A DNA stretch of 64,000 nucleotides from Octopus sinensis (taxonomy: Eukaryota). The translations under genes were made by a program, and so were the position numbers. The stretch covers positions 29,822,001-29,886,000 of the forward strand of contig NC_043005.1 of assembly GCF_006345805.1 (NCBI RefSeq). The letters are read 5' to 3'. The notes under the pieces were generated by a model that saw only the letters and a program-made list of their open reading frames with translations, was not told the DNA's origin and ran no database searches. Positions 27,851 to 41,585 of this stretch are shown in pieces; the first letter of the stretch is position 1, and every line of letters starts with the position of its first letter.

Positions 27851-29581
27851 GAAGAAGAAAATATATATACACACATATATATTTATATATATCAGCGTTG
27901 TCATTTAATGTCCATTGTCCATGCTGGCATGGGTTGGATGGTTTGACCAGGGCTGGTTAGCTGAAAGGCTGCACCAAACTCCAGTCTGATTTGGCATGGT
28001 TTCTATGGCTGGATGCCCTTCCTAACACCAGCCACTTTACAGAGTGTATTGGGTGCTTTTATATGGAACCACAAAGGTGCCATTATGTGGCAATGAACTG
28101 TCACTTTTATGCGATGTTGCATGGGTACTTTTTATATAAGTATTCACTTTAGGTCTGTCTTTCCCTGCCAGCATGTATTAGATGAATATATTACTAAAGC
28201 ATTGTTTTACAGCCATATGCCCTTCCTGTCACTAACCTTTTCCTTCTTTGTCAAATAAGGGAGTAAGGGAGTGCATCTTCTTATACCCATTACTAATTGT
28301 TGATTTTGACTCTTCTATCTCTTTTCAGCTCCTCCCCAATCAACTCCAACCTCGCTCTCTTCCATGATCATAATTGTGGGAATGAAACTTGCTTAGGGAG
28401 TGTAAACCCAGGTCCAAATAATAATAAATATTATTATTATTTGTGGATCCTTCAAATCAGACAAATCCAATAATGAAAGAGAAATACTTCAAATTAGTCC
28501 ATTTTGAACCTCAAAGGTTTGAACCCTGGCACTTGCCATCATGTCTATCTTGCTCTTCCTTTACTCGACCATCCCATTTATACTCTGATCCCTGTCCCTT
28601 GTGAATATGCCCAGCACTTTGCCACCATCTCTATCCTGCTGTCTCCCACTCTCTCTCTCCTTCTCCTACACTTCCTTCTGGTTGGTTAACCATGTTTTTC
28701 CTTTGATCTCTCTCTCTCTCTCTCCCTCTCTCTGGCTGGGTAACCTTGTACCTTCTCTACAGCAAGACACCTGTTTCTGTCTCTCTGTCTCACTATAAAC
28801 CTTTAATCATCCAACACAAGATCACCTCTTGCAATTCCCCCTCCCATCTCAAAAGAGATTTTTTTGTCTTGCAAGTACATGGTGACCCCGTTAGTGCAGG
28901 TGCCACTTAAAAGCACCCAGTCCACACTGTAAAGTGGTTGATGTTTGGAAGGGCATCCAGCTGTAAAAACCTTGCCAAAATTGACCTTGCCTGTGCTTGT
29001 GCCATGTAAAAAGCACTAAGTCCACTCTGCTGAATGGTTGGTGTTACGAATGGCATTCAGGTGTGAAAAATCCTGCCAAAACATTCACAGAAGTCTGGTG
29101 CAGGCTTCTGCTTGGTGGGCTCCTATCAAACCGTCCTACCCATGCCAGCATGGCAGGTAGATGTTAAGCAATGATGATGATGTCCAATCCCAAGTTTATT
29201 ATGTCAAGATGTAAGTAGCCATGTAGCTCACCTAAAACAAGAAACCTATTCTACTCTGGCTCCTCATAGTTTAATTCCTCATCTCCCAGCATAAAGCTGC
29301 CCCTCTTGAGTCTTGTGGGATGCAAAAAGCATCCATGCTGCTATGAAGGGTATCCAACTATAGAAATCAGGCCACTAAAATTGACACTGGACTACGATGC
29401 AGTCCTTGGACCTCTTTGATCCTGTCAAACAGCCCAACCCATACCAACACTTACCTGTTTCCCAATAAACAATTCTTTATTTTTTATTTTACGTTTTTAT
29501 TCTACTGAACTTTGAAAGCAAAGAACAACATTCATTTTTACAAAGGATGTTAATATGTGTGAGTATTTATCTTGAAATATA

Positions 29582-29660
<79 letters not shown>

Positions 29661-29745
29661 TCATCATTTAATGTCTGTTGTCCATGCTGGCATGGGTTGG
29701 ACGGTTTGACCAAGGCTGGCAAGCTGGAAAGCTGCACTAGACTCC

Positions 29746-29778
<33 letters not shown>

Positions 29779-30004
29779 AGAGTAAGAGAGAGAGAGAGGG
29801 GGCGGCATGACTTTAGGAGTAGACATGGTTGTGTGGTAAGAAGTTAGTTTCTCAACCAAAAGGTTCTAGGTTCAATCTCATTGTATGGCACCTTGGACAA
29901 ATGTCTTCTGCCAAAACCCTTGGCCATTCAACGCCTTCTGGGTGAATTTGGTAGACGGAAGCTGATCATGTGTGTGTGTATATATAAGCATGTGTGTATG
30001 TGTT

Positions 30005-30037
<33 letters not shown>

Positions 30038-30251
30038 CTGTTCTCTTGACATCACACATTACTTGTATGCAAGCCTGACCTTCATGCCTGTCCTTCATGC
30101 TCAGTCATCTGTGAAGACATGTCTGGTCATGGGAAAAACATGTTTCCATGGTTGGCAACAGGAAGGACATCTGTGTGTAGAAAATATCTGCCCTGACAAA
30201 ATTCCATCCAACCCATGTGAGCATGGGAAAGTGGACATTAAAACAATAGGA

Positions 30252-30291
<40 letters not shown>

Positions 30292-30350
30292 GATGATGAT
30301 GATGATGATGATGATGATGACGACGACGACGATGACGATGACGACGACGA

Positions 30351-30388
<38 letters not shown>

Positions 30389-30423
30389 GCGGCGGTGGTG
30401 GTGGTGGTGGTGGTGGTGGTGGT
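30252..30423. repeat. Compound (GAT)n-(GAC)n-(GGC)n-(GGT)n tract
   Basis: Seen directly; it grows out of the tail of a retroelement. Confidence 0.97.
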
Positions 30424-31515
30424 TTGGGTGATATATATCTACGTGTATAACTTTGAATATATACATTTGTGACTGCATTAATATATGATTGCTAGATTCA
30501 TGTTTGTAAATGTAATTATCTCTCCTCCTTCTCTCTCTCTCTCTCTCTCATTCTCTCAAAACATATGCATGTATGTATATAAGCATATTGTTAGGTAAAT
30601 ATATAAAAAAATACATCATTCATTTAAATTTGAAGGTCATTATAAGTCTTTTGTGTTTCTCCATTGAAGTTGGATTATATCTTGGCCAAATAGCAGGCAG
30701 ATAATGATAGATATTAATTAAATATGATTAAATATCAATTATGAATCAAAATTAATCAGCCTTAATTGTTGTATAGAGTGAATAAAGAGAACTATGAAAA
30801 GAAAATATTTACATCTTTACATTTAAGACCTGAAGCTGTGGCAAAGTTGCATGATGGGAAGGTGTAGCATGGATACTTAACAGCTGGAGACTGGTTCAAG
30901 TTATTAACATTCTGAAGAATTTCTTTAGCGTTTCTGTTTACAAGTTCTATGGAAGGCTAAATTAATGCTCCAAGCTGACAATATTTTCATCTTTTTTCTT
31001 TTTTTTTCCCTTTATTCTTTTAGTCTTTTAGTCAGGAAAGAAGGCAGAACCTATGAACTTTTACAGAACCATGAAGGGTGGGTGAGAGGAATTTATTGTA
31101 AAACCAGACCTGGTTCAGTCTGTATGTTCTCAACAGCATCTGGTTCGCTAAAGTCAGTCAAGTGGCCAGATGATGATGCTAAAGTAGATGATAAATTATG
31201 TCTAGCTCCTGAGTAGGCTGAGCAGGATTTGAAATCAGATTACAAAGAGCTGGAACAAACACTGCAAGGAATTTGATTTCCTTACAGTTCTACCAATCTA
31301 CTGCCCCGAATTGACCCTGAAAGGTTAAAAGGCAAACCTAACCTCAGTTGGAATTGAACTCAGGAGGATTCAGTATCATAAGGCATTCTATTCAATACTT
31401 TAATAACTCTGCCAGTTTTTGCTATTCAATGAACAAATCTCATATCCAAGAATGAAAATATTGACTTAGCAAAAAACTACAAGCTTCTTGTTGGCATAAA
31501 CATCACAAACAGTCA

Positions 31516-31886
31516 TGGCACTCCGTCGTTTATGACAATGAAGGTTCCAGTTGATCTGATCTATGGAACAGCCTGCTCATGAACTTAATGTGCAAGTAGC
31601 TGAGCACTCCACAGACACGTGTACCCTTACTGTAGTTCTCGGTGAGATTCAGCATGACACAGTGTGTGACAAGGCTGGCCCTTTGAAACATACATACAAC
31701 AGAAACAGGAAGAAAGAGTGAGAGAAAGTTGTGGTGAAATAGTACAGTAGGGTTCGCCACCACCTCCTGCTGGAGCTTAAGGTTTTTTTGCTCAATAAAC
31801 ACTCACAGCGCTTGGTCTGGGAATCGAAACCATGATCCTACAACAATGAGTCCGCTGCCCTAACCACTTGGCCATTGTGCCTCCAC
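31516..31886 (-). mobile_element. SINE family C copy
   Basis: Reverse complement of 2939-3314; possible TSD acaaacagt at 31505-31513 and 31890-31898. Confidence 0.85.
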
Positions 31887-32569
31887 TTTACAAACAGTAA
31901 ATGTAGGATGGTTGAATGGTTAAGAAGTTTACTTAACAACCATGTGATCCCAGATGTATGACATCTTGCATAAAGGTCATTTTCTCAAGCCTTTGGTTGA
32001 CCTATACTATGTAAATGAAATTAAGTAGACAGAAATTGTATAGAAGCTCGTTAGATGAACTGTGACTGTAATTCTAAATTACAGCATTGTCAAAATCTGT
32101 GTCATGCTGATTCTGCCTAAGTATTACACTAAGGATGAGCAACCATGAAGTCAGGAAGCAGAAGAACAGGGACCAAATCCACTATTATTTCTCTTATGAT
32201 TTAGTAGTTAGAATCTAGGGTCTGCGGCAGAAAGACACACTAGTGTAAGCCATAATTCCTTTGCAGATTATTTTAAGATGTAGATTAGATCTCTGACATT
32301 GCTGAGAAACATCCAGATTTAACATTTCCAGCTGATATAAATTGAATAGGGTGACGGGTGGATTTGGCCTAAAGAAACAATCATTATAGGTATCTTATTA
32401 GGGTGGGAAAACTGCCTTTTAAATAAAAGGCCTTGACATCAACATTCTCTTTATGACCTCTAAAATATGGCATAGGATATTGCTTTTTGATATTGCCATC
32501 CAACCATGGAAGATGGTTGTTAAATGATAATGTTGATGACTTTCAAAAATGTTACAGCCAGAGTTCTTT

Positions 32570-32800
32570 TCTTACAGTAAGATAATATCTCAGAATGCTC
32601 TTTTAGTATTGCTACTTGTGCAAACATTTCAGATATTTAACTGGACAATAGAGGAAATCTCTTCTATTCATATTAAAACCCTTAAGATCTTAACAGCAAC
32701 TGGGATCTTCCACAGAAATAATAATATTAGAAGATTCTATCTCAGAAATAATGAAAGATCCGTCCAGATGGACTACATGCAGTGTTGTTGCATATATGAG
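32570..32800 (+). mobile_element. R4/Dong-like RT thumb relic
   Basis: NWTIEEISSIHIKTLKILTATGIFHRNNNIRRFYL resembles NWT..E...D.KTRK.LT..G.FH..SD..RLY. Confidence 0.6.
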
Positions 32801-33539
32801 GACTAGTACAGCATCCGATAAACAAATGTGTTATTACCATTACTGTTATATCATCACTATCATAGCATCTGATGAATAATTATATTTCAAAGAGCACCTG
32901 ACCTTTTTTAATGCAGAAAAAAATTATTCCTAACCCTGAAACCTCTCTATGTTGACTTTACCTCAAACTAGATGCTGCGAAACTGCATCAGTTGACCAGT
33001 TTGCTGTTGTAATGAAAATTTGGACACCAAATATAATCATATAAGTGTGAAGTTAACAACTTTTTTGTGTAGTTTTGAAAGGATAATATGTGTCACCAGT
33101 GATGTAATTATTTTCGTTTTAACACATGATCTCAGATCAAATCACTTTCTAGACAAGCACATCTCTGAAATATATTAACTAAAGGCTTAGAAGTGAGGAG
33201 AGTAACATCTTACAAAACGGGAAGCAAATGCCTTGACAGTGACTCAGTTTCTGCTGACATTTTGTATAGAATGTTTTATACATGGCTGTTTGCTGGAAAC
33301 TTAAGAATAATGAAGATATTAAGAGGAAGCATAGTCTCTCTCTCTCTCTTTCTCTCTCAGGCTTATGATTGTTACATCACTTTGGGGATTATGTATTTAT
33401 ATTCCAAGAGCAAGAGATAGCTATTAAATACATCCTAAACAAATGAGACAGCAAATACCTTAGCCCTTTCTTTCTCCCAAGATGAGATTGAAGATGTCAA
33501 TGATGACATATTTTACAAGAGGGGATCAGTAACTGTCCT

Positions 33540-33800
33540 ACCTTTTTATTACACATGAAGTTGTTGTTAAAACAATACATAAAAACCATCCACAGGAAAG
33601 ATTGCCTTGGGATAAATGTATAAAAAATAATTCTGATGTTGAATCCATTCCAAACATAAGGAATATTAATGAAATATTCTCATGAAAACTTTTAACAACT
33701 GGAAACATATCAGGCCTGTCCAAAAACAATTCTATGTTATTTTAAGAAGGAATGAACAAAAAGTATATAGTTTTACAGGGTCAGCTGCCTCCCAGCTATA
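33540..33800 (+). mobile_element. Highly decayed non-LTR RT N-terminal relic
   Basis: ITHEVVVKTI...LLTTGNISGLSK..MLF*EG resembles the IT..EV..AI / TG.IP..WK...KKG pattern. Confidence 0.35.
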
Positions 33801-34719
33801 AACATTCCAAGCTAGACTGAGGTGGAATAAAATATATCTGGTCAACTTGTCCAATATCTACAACTTGTTTAGCCAAACTATAAACTGATCCAATCTAGAA
33901 GTTTACTATAATTTATATTGGGACTTACTTATGGTACTGTTTAACTCTTTAGCATTTAAATAGTTTGGAAAAGCTGAAGCATTTAAAAGTCACCACTGAC
34001 CACTTTTCATTTCTATTCAATATAAATGATAATAGTGGTGGTAGTTTTGAGATGATGATGATGATACTGACCACTGACTCCCCCACCCCGTGCTAACTAC
34101 TGACCCCAATACCGACCACTGGCTCCAATACTTTCCAATAATAAGCATGATTGTAGCAGACACTATTGTTAACATGACACTTTAACAAAAGGTATAACCT
34201 CAATGTATATCGTGATACTGTTATATGACATCACATAGTACATATAACATTCTATCATTATATAACATGGTACTATGTCTAACATAGTAATTACTATTAC
34301 ATTGTACTATATAACTTAATGATATACTGTTTGCTTTGTAGACCAATCTATTACCCAGTTCAGCCCCCAAAATCTTCATACATAATTCAGTAATAATCAT
34401 CATTATAGAGTAATATGCAAATACAAGGGTTATCCTAAAAGTAATGTGGTGTATTGTTGTTCTCAAGAAGACCTGCCCACCACCACAGAATGGAGATTCT
34501 AAAACTACATAAAAGCATTATTGTGGGTGCTGATGCCATGTAAAAAGCACTGATCATTGCATAAAAAGCACCCAATGCACTCAATAAAGTCGTTGGCATT
34601 ACGAAGGGCATCCACCTGTAGAACCTGGTGTGGCCTGTAGCCTTACCTGTTCCTGTCAAGATGTCCAACCCATGCCAGCATGGAAAACAGACGTTGGATG
34701 ATGATGAATACAAAACTAT

Positions 34720-35610
34720 GTACTGTTGTAGCCAGTTCTTTATGGACCCTTTCACCTCATCTGGGTCATCAAATCATCGTGCCTGAAGATTGGACCAAAC
34801 TTGTGGAAGTCAGAGAGTGCCAGATCTAGGCTGTGCAGTGAGTGGTCAGCCCAGTTTGTCAACTGTCTGATTTGTTGCCCAGGGTGTGTGTGCTTATGCA
34901 TTGTCTTAGTGAATGTCAATCATTTTCGGATTCCATTTTTGTCTCTTTTCCAATGGCTTCTTTAAGCTTTTTGAATGTCTCAATATATTGCTTGCTGTTC
35001 ACAGTGCAGCTATATTTCAGAAAATCAAAGAGAATGATGCTCTTGTCTTCCTACAAAACAGTAAACCATGACTTCTTGGGCCTTGAAGAAACAGTGATGC
35101 CATGTCAAGAGCCATTGCTTTTGGCTCAGTGACATTTCTCCCTTTGTCACCAGATCAGAAAAAAAATCATATCTTCATTGGCTTCAAACACTTCCAACAA
35201 AGCAGAGCAAACTTTCTCTTTCCTCTCTTTTAAATTGAGTGTCAACTGCCAAGTTACCCACTTTGCCCACACTTTTCACCACTTTTTGTAATGTTTTTGT
35301 GACCACAGTCCAGCTGTGCAAAAACTCACGGATTGTGACTTATCGGCCCATCTGAAACAATTCATCCACTTGTTAGCAATTTGTGTCAGTGGTCGCAGTC
35401 AAGAACCATCCACTGAGTAGTTTGTCTGCAACGCTGCTTTCTTTTTTAAACTTTTCCATCCATCTGTGCACATTGCTCTTGTTATTGTTATCATTTCCCC
35501 AAACAACCTGTAGCTTTCCGTGGATGTTGGGCAGCCTACAGCCCTCTTTGTCAACAACTCAGTGATAGCACATTGCTTCTGCTTGGGACTCATTATCTGC
35601 CTGCAGTGAA
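34720..35610 (-). mobile_element. Degenerate mariner (DD34D-type) transposase relic
   Basis: N-terminal KQCAITELLTK..NVHRW, then a DNA..HT-like segment and HSLDLALSDFHKFGP (consensus YSPDLAPSDFHLFGP). Confidence 0.75.
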
Positions 35611-35949
35611 GAAAAGAGGAAGGAGAGTTACAATGGAGGAGGAGTTACTGTAATTTGAATGACCTGTGTTGTGCCTACTTTTACATTGCATTAAGTTTTA
35701 CCTTCATGTATTTTGTATATTCTCATCATCTAAGCAGTAAGCTTCACATAAATTGGATATATTTATCTTTTACGCCTCAATATTTGTAATGGGTTTTTCT
35801 TGTTTCCAGTAGAATAAATTTCGGGATAGTTTGTAATTTGATAAGAATGCTTGAGCAATTGAGGTTAGAAGTTAGGTAGAATATATGATGCTATGTCAAT
35901 AAATGAAAACAAAGAGAAAAGCTATTGTGTTACATCACATACGTTTTGT

Positions 35950-36158
35950 TCTTTTATTCTTTTACTTGTTTCAGACATTTGACTGCAGCCATGCTGGAGC
36001 ACCAACTTTAGTTGAGCAAATCACCCCCAGTCCCCTTCCTTTGTAAGCCTAGTACTTATCTATTGGTCCTTTTTGCCGAGCCGCTAAGTTATGGGGACGT
36101 AAATACACCAGCATCGGTTGTCAAGTGATGTTGGAGGGACAAACACAGACACACAAAC

Positions 36159-36208
<50 letters not shown>

Positions 36209-36366
36209 AGCTTCTTTCAGTTTCCATCTACCAAATCCACTCACAAGGTTTTGGTCGGCCTGAGACTATAATAGAAGACACTTGCTCAAGGTGCCACGTA
36301 GTGGAACTGAACCCAGAACCATGTGGTTGGTAAACAAGCTACTTACCACACAGCCATGTCGGCACC
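35950..36366 (-). mobile_element. SINE family A full-length copy
   Basis: Reverse complement of 62705-63093. Confidence 0.88.
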
Positions 36367-38229
36367 TATTTAATGGTTGTTTAATGACCCTATAATATTT
36401 CAGGAAAGATTTCCCCTTTTCAAATATAAGAAGAAATAATTTGAGTTCAGGGAAATGTGTTGTTACTGGCAGAGCATTCTGGTGTATTGTGAGGTTGTAA
36501 CCTGATAATTTTTATGTAGTTACAATAAATAAACCCCAGAAAATATGACAATAACAGTTGAAATTTCACTGGAAACTTTGTTTGACTATGTTGGTGCAGC
36601 CTTCTGGTTCACCAGTCCTCAGTCAAACCATCCAACCCATGCCAGCATGGAAAGTGGACGTTAAACAACGATGATGATGATGATGTGAATACACAGTAAT
36701 GTGACTGGTGAGGTATTCAGAGAAGTTTATATATTTGTTCCTTAATTCATATCTCTCTGCAAAATTTGAAGGATTCTTGGAGAGATACACAAAATACTTA
36801 AGTAAATGGATGGGACATTTCAGTCGGATTTGTACAGAATATCCAATAAAACCTTCTGGAACAAATCTTTGTCCCTTAATGGATAAACCAATCTGTTGGC
36901 ATCAGTGAAAAGTTTCTCCCCAAATCATCTACAATGGAATGTGCTATTGACCAAATCAAAGAATCTTTTCATGTCATATCAGTAATTTTCTGTAATTTTC
37001 TGATGACAGATGAGACTGTAAAAGCCACAAGTACATAATTAGTCACAATAATTGTACAAATGATGCCAATATAAATTCTACAAGACCAGCAGACATAAAT
37101 AATCATACTTGATGACATTATGGAATATTTATCTGTTATAAAGTGACCAAAAGTTTGCAACCATTTATCAGCAGAATTACCAAAACATCACGGAGCTGTC
37201 AAATGTGTCTAATGCCAAACAAAAGGTGTAAAGTTAATGAAATTTACTAAAGCCAAAACGTTCACATAAGATCTACCTTTCCATCTTTCGTTAACCAATA
37301 ATCCTTTCAACATAATTTTTGACTGAAATAAAAGAGAAAATAAGAAAGTATTCTTCAATCCTATTCTCTTCCATTCAGAGAACACCATTAAACTTTTGGT
37401 ATATAATCTTTGAGCGGGTGTTTTGTTGAAAAGTTATGAGCATTTGATTCACTGCAGAATCAGCTTCATTATCACCACCACCACCACCTTGACCTTGTCA
37501 AGTATATCAGATCCAACCACAACATGCAGCCCTGGTCCAGGATTTGAACTCACAACCTCACTATCGTAAGCTCGATGCTCTAACAACTGAGCCATGCGCC
37601 TTCACTGACTTGAATATCAAACAAGCTAGCTTGTGGTATTTGTTCCTGCTCTTTTCATTCTGAGTTCAAATCCTGCTGTGGTCTACGTGGGTAGGGCACT
37701 TCATCAATTGCCCTAGTTAATGCTGTCATGTGACGGGTGTCTCTTGTGGAGGAGTCCAGCTTCTTGCAAGCATTCAGACCTGGTCTGAATTTATTTAAGG
37801 CTACCTTTCTACCCTACACCAGTTGCAGAGGCCCTGTAAAGGGTCACATGCACAGTTCTCTGACTCCTGACTAACATAGAGGGCGCTGGCTTCATTGCTA
37901 TAGACTGAGAGGTTCAAACATAAAAAGAAGGACAGGACACAGGTCTATAATGGCAGTTCCATGTGAGGGGTAGTGGGAGGAATTGGAGCGGAGCAACATT
38001 TATATCTCTTTCAGCCTTTATTCTTTCTCTTGTTTCTGTCATTAGACTGTGGCCATGCTGGTGCGCTGCCTTGAAGGAGTTTTAGTCTCATGAATGACCC
38101 CCACCACCAATACTTATTTTTATATCTTTTTTTAAAGTTTGGTACTTATTGCATTGCTTCCTTTTGCTAAACTGCTAAGTTATAGAGACATAAACATATG
38201 AACACCAGTTGTCAATCAGTGGCGGGAGA

Positions 38230-38268
<39 letters not shown>

Positions 38269-38562
38269 GCTAAGCTTCTTTTCAGTTTCTGTCTACTAAA
38301 TCCAAAATCCACTCACATGGCTTTGGTTAGCCTGAGGTTATAGTAGAAGACACGTCTGGGACTGAACCTGGAACCATGTGTTTGGGAACCAGACTTCTCA
38401 CCACGCAGCCATTCCTGTACGTCCATACAGCCACACCTGTGCCAACATATATTCATGTACTTTAATACATTCTACTTCAGTTTGGGATTTGGTTTACAAG
38501 ATTCTTTATGTGAGTTCATGTGTTGAAGCATATATTGTTGTATTTGGGGAGAGTCATTTTTG

Positions 38563-38674
38563 GTGCCTTATAATTTAACACACTCACCTGTAAAGTTTCC
38601 ACTCATTTACTTATTTACACTCATAAGTAAATGAGTGGAAACTTTATCTGTGAGTGTCTTAAATAATAAGGCAC
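38563..38674. repeat. 52-bp-arm hairpin with 8-nt loop
   Basis: 38563-38614 versus 38623-38674; 5 mismatches, inner 24 bp perfect. Confidence 0.9.
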
Positions 38675-38890
38675 TAATATATTCTCTTATACTAAAATAA
38701 AGTCTCATATCCATACGCATTCATATGTTCACACTCTCTTATACTATCATATATATGCATACACACTCATATATTTACATTTACATATGTTTATATAGTT
38801 GGAATTTACAAAAAAGCAAAACAAAAGACGAAGATGGGTGTGTAAACAACAAACAGATGTATTAATTTAACCCTCGGGAAGTGAGAAAGT

Positions 38891-38927
38891 CTTTTACATT
38901 TCGAGCCTACGCTCTTCAACAGAAAAG
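38891..38927 (-). ncRNA. Hammerhead-like motif, A6U variant family (other copies 12731-12766 + and 14210-14245 +)
   Basis: CUUU(U) CUGUUGA A GAGC guag GCUC GAAAU GU A AAAG, inside a ~170-230 bp repeat seen three times. Confidence 0.55.
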
Positions 38928-39869
38928 AACACACTATATATACAAATATGCAAAAACTAACTTTCTTATATTTAGTACAAGCACACAAAGTAGTGAGAGT
39001 TAATACAATGATGTGTACAGTTATTTTTAACTCTCCTACATATAAAAGGCATTTCATGAGGGGCTTTGTCTCAAAGAAAATTTTCTCTCTATAGACATCA
39101 TCTGTAAAAACTGATCAAACCTAGCACCAAATGACATTAGCAGTGTCTTTGCTTAACCCTTTCGTTACCAACCCAGCTGAAACCAGCTCTGGTTTTGTAT
39201 TACAAATGTCTTGTTTTCCTCCAAACCTAGTGGTTTCTATGGCTGGATGCCCTTCCTAATACCAACTGCTTTACAAAGTGGACTGGGTACTTTTTGTTTT
39301 TGCTACCAATACTAGGGAGATTGCCATGTAACTTGCAAGACACACCCACACGTGTGTGCATGTGTGTGTGTGTGCATATGTGTGTGTGTGCATATGTGTG
39401 TGTGTGTGTGTGTGTGTGCATTGTGTGTGTGTGTCTTTGTCCTGACATCATGTGATGGTTCTGAATGAGCATCACTCTCACACAAGTGATTTCATTCGTC
39501 TTCAGTTTCCTGTAATAAAAAAAAAACATGTCTGGACAATATTACTTTGCTCAGAAATCGGTGAGAGTTGGCAACAAGAAGAGGATCCTATCAAAGAAAA
39601 TCTGCTTCAAAGAATTCCATCTGACCCATGTGTGTATGAAAAAGCGGACATTAAAATAACAGTGATGATGACACATGACAACAATAATAATGACCATGAC
39701 ACTGGCAAATCTTATTACAAATGCTGTACATTCATCACTATTTGTAGATAACTGCTTGTGTTTCCAAACATGACAGTGCATTATCAATAAAACAACCAGC
39801 ATATTATTGGTGTCTATTTATTTTATAACAGTCTTATTACAAATTCTTTATCTGATTTACTCTTTGTAG

Positions 39870-40060
39870 GTGCTGCTTGTATTCCCAAAGGAAGACTCAC
39901 AATGTGATGCTTTTCAAATGGCTGCCAATCGGCTGAAATATGATTTATTTGTGGTGCGATCTGCTGAAGCTGCTGTTGAGTGTTACAGAGAGTGTCATTA
40001 CGATATTGTGATCATTGACCAACGCCAGAGTAAAATATTGGACTCTGAGCAAGTTTGCAG
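39870..40060 (+). CDS. PDE8: Internal exon (191 nt, phase 0 to phase 2) of a PDE8-like cAMP phosphodiesterase, N-terminal REC domain
   Basis: Acceptor tctttgtag|G and donor AG|gttagt. Translates VLLVFPKEDSQCDAFQMAANRLKYDLFVVRSAEAAVECYRECHYDIVIIDQRQSKILDSEQVC(R), matching the PDE8A/B REC segment VLLVFxKEDxQC...HDIIIIDHR...LDAEALCR as I recall it. Confidence 0.93.
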
Positions 40061-41179
40061 GTTAGTGTTTCTTCTTTATAAGAATCATCAAATTTTATGA
40101 AGGAAAGATGAGTCATTACATTAGACCCTAATTTTCTGGTAAATGAGGGGGTGAATGGGGGCTGAATGAGTGGAGGAGCACCAGATGAAATGTTTTGAGG
40201 TTTTTAGTTATTGACATTGTCATTATCATCTTTTGATGATTATCATCTAATAGGCACTGGCTAGCCAGAGGACTGTACCAAGTTCTATTATTTGACATTG
40301 TTTCTCTGGTTGGTTGCCAACAAATTTACAGAGTGTGGACTGGATGTTTTTTATGTGACACCAGTACAAGTGAGGTCACCAACTTGCAAGACAAAGACCT
40401 ATCAACTTGAGGGAGGTGGTTTTGTGCTGGCTGATGGGAGGTTAATGTCTCTAATAGGAATAAGTATGTTGTTGTGGAGGAGATACATGGCTACCAAAGT
40501 TGAAAGAGAGAGAAAGAGAGAGAGAGAGAGTGATGAGAGTGGAGCTGTGTTAGGGCATATCCTCAAGGTACAGTGGGGAGTGGGGTGAATGTATGGGAAA
40601 TGGTGCAGTACAGAGGATTGAACAGGGTAAGAGGACAGTGGTGGGGGCTAGAGATGAACGTTCCATAGGAGTATGAGGAGAAATGGTTAGAGACGGGGTA
40701 GAGGTGACTGTAGAAAGTGATGGTGAGAGATATAGAGGTGGCTGGTGGTGGTGGTGGGTGGACACTGTGGTAGATATGTGCAGGCATCAAGAGTGGTAGC
40801 AAATAAGAGAGGTGTTAAAGATGAAGTAAAGTAGAGGGAGGAGAGCAATGGCTGCAGGCACTGAAAGGAGGTAATTGGTAGAAACAGTGAGCAGAGAAAA
40901 GAATGAGAAATGGAAGCGGTTACAGTCTTTTAAATTCTAAGTTTCTATCCCTTTGGTATCGATAAATAAAGTACAAACCAAATACAGGGGCCTAGAATTG
41001 ATTAAATTAATTCCTCACCTCCTCTAAAACGTGTGGTCTTGGGGCAGTATCAAAAAATAATATTTATCCACAATCTGTAAACTATTGTTCCTCTGTAACA
41101 AAATATTGCAAGATGTTCCTCTGTAACTAAATATTGCAGTTTAGCATGATTCCATATTTGTACATGCATTATAAATATT

Positions 41180-41375
41180 CTTTTCTACTCTAGGCACGAG
41201 GCCCGAAATTTTGGGGAAGGGGGCCAGTCGATTAGATTGACCCCAGTATGCATCCGAAAGGATGAAAGGCAAAGTCAACCTCGGCAGAATTTGAACTCAG
41301 AATGTAAAGACAGGTGAAATACCACTAAGCATTTTGCCTGGTGTGCTAACGTTTCTGCCAGCTTGCTGCCTTAGA
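41180..41375 (-). mobile_element. SINE family B (Nin/Deu-domain-like) with 13-bp TSD
   Basis: Family core gcctttcatcctttcggggtcgataaattaagtaccag (partly deleted in this copy). TSD cattataaatatt at 41167-41179 and 41376-41388. Other copies at ~18417-18632, 19015-19195, 22058-22265, 23390-23830 and 45460-45625. Confidence 0.85.
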
Positions 41376-41585
41376 CATTATAAATATTACACCCACAGAG
41401 ATTATAATCTAAGACTGTTTCAAGTGTTTGTATAATATTTTACTTGTTGCCTTTTGCCTGAATCAGTAAATGTTTTCTTTACAAAGGCATTTTCCCCCAT
41501 TTAGAATGGCCGAGGAGACCATTTCAGATTGAAACACTTTGCCTGGGCCATCCACTGGCATTCTGAATGAAGCCCTATGGTTTTT

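Noticed and set aside
27581-27908. Poly-Gly/Pro/His/Thr ORFs (also 30101-30478)
   Set aside because: Pure trinucleotide tracts, open in most frames, with no splice or homology support.
31032-31077. Strong pyrimidine tract followed by SGKKAEPMNFYRTMK
   Set aside because: The nearest donor is phase 1, incompatible with the phase-0 exon at 39870; similarity is marginal.
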